A stretch of DNA of 64,000 nt from Antedon mediterranea (taxonomy: Eukaryota > Animalia > Echinodermata): the NCBI RefSeq assembly GCF_964355755.1, contig NC_092676.1:16758871-16822870 (forward strand), read 5' to 3'. The translations under genes were made by a program, and so were the position numbers. Positions within the stretch are counted from its first letter, which is position 1. Each line of letters opens with the position of its first letter. Under the pieces are notes generated by a model. It saw nothing but the letters and a program-made list of their open reading frames with translations, did not search any database and had not been told where the DNA came from. Below, one piece after another: positions 1 through 11,500 of the stretch.

Positions 1-176
1 CAAATTTTGTATAATCTCTAAATAATTAATGACTTTTATGCATTTTTTGCCCTCAGATTTTTGTAAAGCTGTTAAGTCCTATATTGTTGCCTGATAGAAA
101 TGCTCATTGCGTATCATCCTGATAAATTGATACGATAACTACTTCTTTTCTTGGCTAACACCTCTTCTGAAACCGG

Positions 177-3100
177 TTAGTTCCTGTTCCACCTCCTGCT
201 ATTTCGACGTCTATAATAATAAGCGTATGTCCAGTCGTAATGATTGTTTCCCTTTACGGCAAGATACCAGTATTTACGTGGCATACAATCACAACTCTGG
301 CATCCGTTTGTTTCCACGCGGTATCCATAGTAACAAGGCCATGGACATGATCGTTCCGGACAAAACGTCTTACCTTTGAAACAAAAGTAATAATATATAC
401 ATATTTAAAAATACGAAACTGTTTTGTCAGGTATTTTGATTCCCTGTGAATTTCTGGAGTGGAGGGGCGTTGTGTGTTGGAAATGTTTGTGTTTTTGGGT
501 AATGTTTAAACAAGGGAGTAAATTACAATTAATAATTTCATACTTCCCTGGTTTGAAGAAATAATAATCGGGAGTATCCCTAGACAGTTGAGTTGTCACC
601 AAGCGTACGTGGGCACACTGTAAACTACAGCCATAATATCGGCACATGTTCAAAACACTTCTCGACCATGACTATTCTAGTTCTCAAATAAGGCCTTAAA
701 ACCCAGTGTACACATCTGGCTCGTGTGTACTTACCTTGGTTCGCACTAGAACGTACCGCAAGGACGTAAACGCAACGCAAGCGTTTTAACCAATGACAAG
801 CGAAGTTATAGACAGTATAAAGCTTGGTTCCCACTAGAACGTAACGCAAGGACGTAAACGCAACGCAAGCGTTTTAACCAATGACAAGCGAAGTTAGCAA
901 AATCACAAGCGAATAAGCCATCGCTTGTGATTGGTCAATTCACTTGCGTTGCGTTACGTCCTTGCGTTGCGTCGCTAGTTGGAACCACGCTTTAAAGAAC
1001 CCCTGTGCAACTTTCGGAAAGAGTAGTGGTTTGGTTTAATGTTGCGTTTGTATGTGGTCCAAAACTGGATTATTAAGGAAAACACTAATGATCCCATATA
1101 TCACTTACTCAGCAAAGCATAAATGTTGTAAGTGTGTTTCCTTTAATCATAAGTCACGTAGAATGTCTTATCGTCAGTATTGTGAAAATGACAATGCTTT
1201 CCTCTGTGATCGTTTGTGCTATTGTCACGTATATTAAATGATAGAGAAAGTACAAATAAAGTACAGTTTGTAGATTCAAATCATTTTAACATTAAATTTA
1301 CAATGATTTCCATCCAGATCCGTACATGCTTATCCCCTAAAAGTCACATCATGCTGCCAATTGGCCCTCTTGTCTGTCCACGACAGTGGCTGTGCGAGCT
1401 AAAACGGGGGTCCCTACTCGTGTCGGAAGGTGCACACGAGAAGACTCGTTCTATCACCAGAACTATGCTGCCAGCAGTTGGTCTCGAATCTAATTGTCGA
1501 TGTTATAGCTACGTATATTACGCCGCTGTCTTAACCACTCGGCCACTACTAAAATGTCAATAATTATTGAATTGAATCCAAATCCATTACTAACCTGGAG
1601 TACACTGTGAACAAGCCCACACTTTGCCGACACACGTACTGTAATTTAAAGTAAAACAAAATAATAATTTTAAAAAAACCATTATATATTTTAGGAAGAT
1701 GTTTTGTTGAATGAAAAATACTAAATTCATTATCCAAAGTGACACAAACTTGGATCTATCAGCAATCGTAATATATTTCCAAGATAGAATAATGATAAGA
1801 AATTGAGTTTATCATATCAATTACCCTTCAGATGTGTGTTTTTATCTAAAGAATAACAGCAAACATAATATATATAGCGTAAAAAGTCTACACAAATTTG
1901 AACCATTGATATTTTGCATTAATTCCGAATATGAATATCGGACGGTGACGGTAATCGAAACAAATGTGTTATATTATTTAAAGCTTGACTCCCACAGATT
2001 AGGATCAAAATAAGTTATTTAAGGTAAAATTTTAATTGGAATTATATTATTAATGGAAATGCTAATTAAAAGCAGAAACAAAAATATGGACTTTTACCAT
2101 TCTTTGCATGTCCTCCAGTTCTCCTTTCTCTCATTGTACTTCCACCATTTTCCATCTTCATTGTCGTAACAGTCTCGGCTTGCTAAATAGAATTAAAGGA
2201 ATCGGCAAAAATACCATAAAAATACAACAGAGGTATTCATGATTACTTGGTTTTCGCAAATCAAACATGAATATTGTCGGTAAGTCCACATACGTTCGAT
2301 ATCTGTGGTGGAACTGGTCAGCGGACAGCCATTGTAAATGGGATAATGGTAATCATTGCTTTGTTGATACTGTGACATGTTAATTAAATTTGACAATAAA
2401 ATTATGCCTTGTTTTTTTTATTCAGTATTTTACACAGAGGCGCCTTACAAGATGGAACCACCGTAGCTTCAAGGGGCCTCTTATTAACAAATACAACAAA
2501 TGTTATGCCTAGTTCGTTCTGTGGATGTGGATGTGGATGGATAACTTTAATTTAATAACTTAGAGAGACGAGTTAAACAAAAACGAAGTAATTTGACAAA
2601 ATACAAAAAAAACTTACTGTCTGTGGACTTTCCAAGTTTTTAGTAAAGATTGTTAATTATACGGTTAGTTGTTCAAATTCACTTTCCAAGTGAATTTGTA
2701 ACAATTGGCTCGTAAGTTAACTCACAGGGAAGAGAAAATAGATGTCAATTACCAATATCAATAAAAAAAAATATTTTAGTTAAAAATTATCCTTAAAAAG
2801 TTATCATTTTGCTCCGGTTTTGGGTGTGACATGTCATGCATCTTGTTCATTACCTCCACATACTCCCCTATGATGTACAGCCAAGTTTGAATTAATACAT
2901 CTGCGATGATTATGAAACATACACATGTTGCTGTATGTGACACCATCGAGCGCACATACCGGGTGATACGACAAACTGCATGGTATAAAACATTCCACTA
3001 AAATGAAGAAAATGATTAAAAAAATTGCGATGTATGTTGTCATCATAAGACAGTTTAAAATTATCATTGACATCACAAAAAAGGCGTTGCCGTTGTCATT

Positions 3101-6100
3101 TTGCATCTATCATATTGAGGCATATCTCGACATTCGCTACTACAGTTCTAATTGTCTTTTTTGTATAAACACCAATTTAGTCGTTCGATTTTCTTCATTG
3201 TAGTCTACTTGCTTGTTTTGTTGTGATTTGTAAGAGTGTCTGTGTCATCAGTGGCATTTAACTTGGGATATGCTTACTAATTAGGCCTATGTTTATTTAC
3301 AGGATATTATCTTAGTAAAGTCAAGTTATATTATGTTGATTTGAATTTTCTAAAAAGATAACTTAATGTTTCAGGCAACTCAAATTGAATATTAATTTTA
3401 TCGATTTAATTCGTGAACATTATTTTTAAATGACGAGTTAACGTTTGCCAGCATTTCAACTGAAATTGATTGGATCCTGCTAGACTGGTCACATAATTGT
3501 GAAAACCGCCGTTTTCACAAAATATGGATAATTTAGAAATTTAGAACTCATAAATCGAGTCAATCCCAAAGGATAAGTATAATTTGCTGAGACACTGATA
3601 AGTTGCTTTCTTGAATTCCGGTTAATTATCAAACTATTAGACAACTACAATTCATCATCAATATTATTAAATTAGTTATTATGTAGTAGTGATTTAGCAG
3701 TATCAGAAGTGTTTACACACATTACCAAATTTATTTTGATGTGTGATCTAACATTGATATACAGATTCTTAACGATGATTCGTCGCATAATGTATGTCAA
3801 TAACTCCTTCTTTGAAAGGAGTATAGTCAAGAAAAGTACTTTCGACTAAAATCTTGTTAATGTATAGGTTATAATCAACAAAAATGTACATAAGACGGTT
3901 TATTTCCACTTATATATCTGGATGTGCTTTCCAACACTCATTGTACTACAAAATCAAGACAACAATAACCAGAATAGGGTTAGGGTTAAACATTAAAGGC
4001 TTATTCAGAAACATTTATTAGAAAATACTTGTATATAATTCACTACTTTCCGTGATGTTCTTAACAACGATAGATTAAAACTTGGTTTTAGAGAGGCATC
4101 AGTAAATGTTGGAAATTATAGTTTTTGGTAAAAACGTCCTTATTTTATTAGCCCATAAAACGGTTACATGTCTATATCAAAATCAGTAGCAGAATAAGAA
4201 ACAATGAAAACAATATGAAAACTTAATTTAATTTTTACCTTGGCAATAAAGGGTCTGTGAAATAAATGTTAAAGCGCACTATTATGACAATCGGCACGTA
4301 TATCCTAATACTGATTAAATTACGCATTAATTCAATAACTTCCTATCGTTGTTATAACAGTATAGCTATGGCCCATAGGAATTCACCTAGGTACAAAACA
4401 CAATACTATAGTACTTTAAAAATGTTTTTAAACAGTCAATGTAGTTGTCAAGTTTGATACAAAACTCTGTCGGTCTAGACTGAAATAACAAGAGCATGAT
4501 GGAATTGTAGTTATATTTCAGTTAAACAATTATATAATTTTCTCAAAAGTCTTTCCCCTATAATTTATAATTATGTCATACTTATATTGAAATGTAAATA
4601 CAATGTTTTACTGATGATGGTCTGCTATCTGTGACTAAGATCTCCTTCTAATCAGCTAAATAAGGGTATAGTGCAATTACGCACACATGGTTAGATTCTC
4701 AAATGGAAAGAATTGAAGAGACTTGTTGGATTTGTTAGAAGAAACACACAAAAAAAAGCAACTCTACAAAGGAAGCCTGAAAGGAAAAACAGGTTAGAAA
4801 AACAAATATCAAGAAGTCTTTGGCATTTGAGCAAAACGGTTTCAACTTAAACTTTATGAAATCATATTTCGAAAAACACTGTAAAAATAAACTAAAAAAT
4901 AAACTATTTTTTTATTTTTTCCCTCGTTACCTCGTTAATTTAATATTAATATAATGAATAAACACAAATGTTTTCAATGTATTCGTTGTTTATCATGCTT
5001 ATATTACACCTAGTAACTGTGTGTGTTTGGAGAACCACGCGTAATTGATTTTTTAATTATTTGAAACAACTGCAACTCTACGTGTTTGTCAGTATAGACC
5101 TTGAGTTACTGAATAATAATTTCAGGAAAAGTTCCTGAATGAATATTAGTCGAAAAATTAAATTATTTGTTCATAACATTTAATCAATATTTTAATTACT
5201 AAATAAAACGAGTTGATAGTGGTTGCGCAGAGGAAGTACAAATCATTATTTGGGTCAATTACAGGTCATATTGAAAATGTTATTCAGTTTGTTGGAGAGA
5301 AACAGGTTATAGCTATTTTCTAAAATATCACGTTTTATACAGCCCTAGTTATGTGACTTCATGGTAAGTTGAATGAGAAATAACCTTTTTTGTATGAGGC
5401 AGTCTATAACCGTTTGGTCAGTGAGGAGTGCAATTACACCCTCTGGTTTGGGCGTACATTCTGATTAGGCCTAATACTACTATGCTGTGTAACCAGGGAA
5501 TTACTTCACTATTAGAGCATCTTGAGAGAAGAGAGCATGTCTATTATACAATTTTATCTTTATAAGAACACATTTTTTATAAGAACGTAGCTGAAATACA
5601 AAGAACAAAATAATAATAATTAAAATTAGGCCTAGGCCTATATACAAACACAATTTTACTTCTTGAAAGTTTTTGTTTTATAGTAAGAACCAAACCTTCA
5701 CTTTTTGGAAGAGGCACATGCTTCGTAGCCTACCGTCTCTTGTCGTGTATATGATAAGCCTAATGTAATGGACATAATTTTCTTTGATCACAATTAACCG
5801 TGGTTATATTATTAATATTTTATTAATTCACTTACAAACAGGAAATATAAAAGCTAATGTTTTTTAACAAACCAACTGAAATTATTGAACTGTTAATCAT
5901 TTATAATAATTATATTATTTATAATTATATTAAATATATTTTTTACAAAACAGGAATGTTATGGTTTATACACAAGAAGCAATAATATTAAATAGGGATG
6001 TTTTTAGCATTTATATTGACTTTTTTTTGCAATTGACTAATTATCTGGTGATACGGATTAAGAATGTTTTCTTATTCAATAATGAAAACATTTTTAACGC

Positions 6101-8210
6101 TGTTAAAATAATTGAATGCGTGTTTTACACACACGTGATGCTGTTCGAATTTGTTCAACGGGCCTTATATAGGCCTACTCTGTTCCTTTCCCTAAAAACA
6201 CACGGTGGCAAGTCATTCAAAGTGATGTTGTTTATAGTCTTAATTTTTGTGACTGAAAAAAGATGATTATTTTATGTTTAGTATGGCCTGCAACAGATTT
6301 GTTAATTAGTAACTTCCGAATATTCACTACGGTATTGAATTGAATTCATTTGTACTTGAGTCGTTTATAATACACGATATCATGTCTAGGCCTACTAACT
6401 TTGTTATTCAATTTGTGCTGGCTTATAATTTCTACTGTCGTTGTTCTACTTTTGATGTTTCGCGTAACACAACTACTATGCTTTCTTAATGCATTATATC
6501 TGTATTGTCTCTGCTTAGTTGTGTATTAATTAACTTACGGTATTACATAGTCACATACATTGTGTGTATCATTGTCGATTAGGTCTGCTCTCATTTTGTA
6601 ACAGGTGTACTAAAATGTATTCACGCTATGTATTGAGATGCAATGTCAAGTTTCGATAGATTCTTTGTTGTTGTTTCAAAGAGGCCTCTGTTGCCTGTTC
6701 ATCATTATTTAAAAAATTAATAGAAAGCAGAAGTCCATCAACGAATAATTCAATATGGAATGTACGGACGTTTTGGATGAAATCGCTGTATACATTGTAA
6801 TATTGAATGGAATAGGGCTACTAATGCGTTTTCAATTCAATTTTTTTTTTTGAATCGCTGGTCCATGGAAAATAACATAATTACATATAACTAAATAGTA
6901 CGCTCGCTTCGATCGCGTACCATCTAGGTCGTTCCCACAATGATGCTTCTCGAATACACAGTAATTTCAGCGTAAAACAAGGCCAGTCGCGTTCTCAAGT
7001 TTGAGTTAGTGTTTACCGACCAAACGACCGACCGACCAACCGACCGACATGATGAGCTGTAGAGTCGCGTTGCAATCACGCGACTGAAACTGTTAATGTA
7101 CGTAGGCCTACCACAGGACTTTAATACATTGTCGTTTACAGAAAGGAATAAATGACACGATTATTTATGTAGGCAAGTACTAAAATTAGCAACATGGTGA
7201 ATTCTTCCGAAAGAAAAACTTGTCACAAAGTGAGTCCAAATTGTTGATTTGGACTCATATAAATAAATTCAATTTGTGTTTTGTATATAACATTAAGTTG
7301 AGGGATGTGGAAGAGGATAGGTACAAAGAGGAACAATTTTTTAAATATATTCTTTATCCACTTTAAATGATTAATTTATACAAATGTTGAGAAGCAATAT
7401 GTATACTATGAGTTTATGTAGGGCCTACCCACACTTTTTATTTAAAAAACACAAACCCCGCAGTGTATATATCAATGTCTTATTAATTTAACCCAAGTTA
7501 TCGTTTTTGTGAACATTCATATCATTAAAAATTCACAGAATATCATTGGGAAAATAAAAATAACTTTCTTACGTCTATGAACACAAATTAATTTGGTTTT
7601 ATAATATAACACTATTTATTATAAATTATAATATTTTTGGAAGAAGATATACAAATCACAAAATTGTTTGTAGAAAACATCACGTTACCTTTCTTTGCTT
7701 CAAAATGGTGATACTAGGCTCTAATTAAAAAACTAGGCCAGAAATAAATATTGTGAATACAAAAATACAAAATAAATGTCTAGAAAGAGGACGATGTTCT
7801 TTAAAATCAAGAGCATGCAACAGATGACAAAATGCGGCATCACCATTTAAACTTATTTTAATTTTAACCGGTAGCCATGACTTAAAGTTTGTTTAAAAAA
7901 CTTATTTTGGCCTCGATCCACACACCACCTTATCCTGATTTTGTTATTTCAGTTATTGAATACTATACTATCATGTGATTGTATTTATTTGTGTGTGGAA
8001 AACCAATAAAACAAACATAACATGAAAACATACAGATCAAAATTGAAATAACAAAATAAACTGTAAATAAAACTAAAAATGTTGACTGACATCTGGGATT
8101 AAATACTAGTAATGAATGCCTATATTACTGATTAAACCATACCTACCTTGTTGTTGAGCAGCACATACACTAAGGAGACCCAGTCCCACAAGGGTGGATA
8201 TGGCGAGCAT
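177..8210 (-). CDS. Secreted Kazal + antistasin-domain protease inhibitor (~141 aa); proposed exons 8147-8210, 2854-2997, 1825-1845, 177-373
   Basis: Exon 1 MLAISTLVGLGLLSVCAAQQQ is signal-peptide-like with a GTAGGT donor. Kazal exon VECFIPCSLSYHPVCALDGVTYSNMC...C...HRGVCG is bounded by AG/GT. 21-nt linker exon DKNTHLK. Antistasin-like exon CPERSCPWPCYYGYRVETNGCQSCDC. All introns are phase 1, so the exons join in frame. The domains are secure; the connectivity is inferred. Confidence 0.7.
690..1030 (+). mobile_element. Deu-domain-type SINE fragment interrupted by a MITE
   Basis: ccagtgtacacat...gtgtgtactt|[733-991]|aaagaacccc...ttcggaaagagtag matches the uninterrupted copy at 56320-56390. 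Confidence 0.65.
733..991. mobile_element. MITE (PIF/Harbinger-like) with a tandemly duplicated left end
   Basis: TIR agcttggttcccactag...ctagttggaaccacgct (821-991), internal inverted repeats and TWA flanks; 735-807 duplicates 823-896. A related remnant lies at ~62930-63045. Confidence 0.75.
1395..1548 (-). mobile_element. tRNA-derived SINE 5' part
   Basis: Minus strand reads agtggccgagtggttaagac (A box) ... gattcgagacc (B box), like the head at 44340-44403. Confidence 0.55.
6890..7362 (-). mobile_element. Non-autonomous Helitron-like element with a nested insertion
   Basis: Inverted copy of 47275-47642, including the terminal hairpin; interrupted at ~6978-7088. Confidence 0.7.
6978..7088 (+). 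mobile_element. Short element with (GACC)n tract and 3' palindrome (Helentron/HINE-like)
   Basis: acaaggcc...gttagtgtttaccgacc(aacc/gacc)n gacat...gagctgtagagtcgcgttgc..acgcgact. Reverse copies at ~49560-49666 and ~57340-57438. Confidence 0.6.
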
Positions 8211-8531
8211 GTTAAACTTCACAACGTTCACAACTCTACTGTACGACAGTACTATAACTTCACAAGTTGTTGATTATGTACTTTTTACGCCTACGGACTT
8301 TACAGTTAGTCTGAGAAACTCAGTGGGTTCGTAAACAAAAACAGTAAAAAGTTAGTCAATAATGAGTCTAGAGAGGGCGTTTAGAAATAATTATTCCCAG
8401 AGCAGCATCACTATACGTCACCGTTGGTGGCTCTCTTCATTGTTGTTGTTTTAGATCTGAATGCACAACATCATCGCCGGCATTGTACACGTTGTGTTTT
8501 GGCTTTTCATTTGCATGTTTAAAAGTTAAAT
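8211..8531. promoter_or_regulatory. Putative bidirectional promoter between the Kazal/antistasin gene and LMF2
   Basis: Divergent ATGs at 8210 (-) and 8532 (+), about 320 bp apart; CRE-like tacgtca at ~8414. Confidence 0.55.
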
Positions 8532-11500
8532 ATGTTATCCATTTCTTTTACCAGAGATGCATTCTTGTGGTGCATGTCATTAGTATATTTAATGGCATTT
8601 GCCTCAATTTATCACCAAGCGCCAGGTAAGCTTGTGCAATGTGTCTAGGCGTATTAAGTATTATAATGGGTATAGGCCTATAGGCGCGCCTACTACTATT
8701 CTAATAAATAAGTAAAGTAGCTAGGTCGGCATATGACCGTTTCGGCCACAACATATTTCTATGGCGCGCCATTCACGCATTAGACCGTGCTATATTGTTT
8801 TTGCTATTAATAATTATTATTTATCGCATCTCATGCTTTGTTGTATAGTATTTTTATGACTATTACTACACATTACAGTGTTATCATTCTTAACGTTATT
8901 CCACTACAATTTGCATTTATTAGATTTGTTGTTTCCAGTTTAGTTGTATCATGGAGTAAATTGTATTTTATTAGTTTGCTTGACGTCTTGGCGAAAAACA
9001 AATTCAACTGTCAGTGACACAGTTAAATACTCTCTTAGTACAGACGTATTAATAGTTTGGCTATGAAAGAAGAAATTCTAAGAAAAAAAAAAGAAATTTA
9101 ATTAAAACGTTTTTTCCTTCCATTGCTTAGGTGACCTAAGGAACAAAGAGGAATATCAGGAAAAATGTACATGACGTTAATAATTCTTTACTGAAAACAT
9201 TTAATTATCACTTTAGTAAATCTTTGTTTCTTATATTATAAATCATTTCTATTGTACCCTGGTGCATACAATTAGTATCACTTAGGCCTAATTCAATTCA
9301 TTTCGTTTATTTGTAAAAACTATACATTTTAATTTTCACCGTATTGTATTTTTTGTACTCTGAAATATTCGTTTCTTATCTCATCATGCCACCTACTGTA
9401 GCTACAAAATACGTGTTCGTATTTTATTTTCATTATTAATTTTTAATTGCCAAGTTTGTCTGTGTCCATGTTTTCCTGTGTAAAAACTAAAGTAAAACAC
9501 AATGAAATCGATAATCCTGTATTACATTGTCGTGTCTCATTTTTCTCTATCAATGGCACTATCTCCTAGTTAGTATAGTTTATTTAGGCCGGTGGCAGAT
9601 CATTTCGGTCGCGTTTTAAATCGGTCGCGCTTCGAATCGGTCGCGTATATGGCATTCATCCAAACCTTTCGCGACATATGATTCAAGGGAAAAAAATAGG
9701 TACAAAAACAAATTTGTTGTTGCAAACCGTAAATATACGAAAATGCGATATATATAATTATTGGCCCTAGCCTAGGCCTAGTAGGTTATTTACCCAAAAT
9801 ATATATTACTATTAATATTCTGATAATATAGTAATATTTATTAATTCCAAAATATATAAATTCACTGATTCCTGTTTTCAGCAGGATTTTCCAACACATG
9901 TTTTATTCATAAAATAAAATGAGTTGAATATAAAAAGTGGATGTACGATCGTTGTTTATTTTATTGACCTACGTAGACTATACGACATCATTGCGTCGAA
10001 ACCATCCATCTCTGACATGCATAGATTTAAAACGGGAATCCCCTGGATTTGATCAGTAAAACATACGAAAGAGGAACCAGCTGAATTTGTCACAATGCGC
10101 AGCTCGTAAAATCCAACATGACAATGTCATTGTAATGATGTAATTTTTTAAGTATGTGTGTATATCAGACGTGGATTTGATTGGATGTAGTAACAATTTC
10201 TGATGGAAATTATAATATACTGTAGATAATCTACTCTTTTTCATTTGTTCTCAATATTTATTCTTTCAGATGCATTATTACCATACACATTATATTTTTA
10301 ACAAATAATCAAAATCAAACAACAAATACTATAGACTGTGTTCTATTAGATTTCAAACTAATTATTATTCTTTCTAAAAAATGTTGATGTATTTCATATT
10401 CTTAGTTCTGTAATGAGAAAAAGTCCATTACAAAATTAATTATATAAAAGAACGTAATAAATACTATAGTAAAAGTACTCATACTATCAGCTAATTGACA
10501 TACAAAGTCAAGCGTCAGTCATAGTGCGTGTGCCACTAGAGCTATACATTTCAATCTGATTGGGTAGTGAATGGCCGTAGGACATCCTGCCAGCGCTACT
10601 GCAGTTTGGCACTTAAAACTAAAGCATAAGACTTCTTGGTCACTCACCATCACCGCCGCTCAGCTGACCTGTTCAGCCTCCTTCCCTGCTACAAGTTTTT
10701 GTAGCAGCCTTAAACTTTTAACTGTAGCATTATCATTATCCTCAAACAATTAGGTTATCATTCTGGATAAACCGACATTATCCCTTTTGCTAAAAAAAAA
10801 TGAATTTTTTAGTGGAATTCAACTACTATAATGAGACAGTCCACCTTGGTACCCTCTAGTGGGAGCGTACCAACGTCATCATTTCTAAAGACCTCTTGTC
10901 TGAGGGGGCGGTGGGAGGGAGTTCATCCAGGTAAACGCAGTACTCATAGACTACCAACACCATTTTTGGTTTGTGTAGTCTGTAGTCCTGCTTACCTGGT
11001 TAGCTACAGTAGTCGTTGGTGGGTGAACAAGAACTGAAAATTATACAAGGCTGAGGTAAATTATACTGAAAATATGTCTTCAACATTATGATACTGTACT
11101 CGAGCTGTTCAACCGGTTTTCAGCTATTAAAAACAATTATCGTAGGAGGAGATAGGAAAATGCGAAGCATCCTCGTATTATTGTGTGCAGGTAGTTTTTA
11201 TGAGGACATCCATTAAACAGTGTATACTACGGTCGGAAAACACCCCTATTTGGGGAAAATCGTTCAACCTAAATTCGTTTTAATTGTCAATAACTAATTA
11301 TCTAACTCAATTTAATTAGTAAACAGGGTTACATCTGGTGGTTTAAATCAGTACCGAGATTCTAACCAACTTTATATACCATCGAGTAAACATTCTAGAA
11401 ATAACGTGCGATTTACCGAATTTTGCCCTTACGTAAATTTATATATAGATATCTAGACATGTATTGCAGTAAATGGGAAAAACAATCCAGTTAATTTGAA

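Noticed and set aside
10500-11037. GC-richer segment with short ORFs in LMF2 intron 1
   Set aside because: No recognisable protein motifs or consistent splice pair; probably old repeat sequence.
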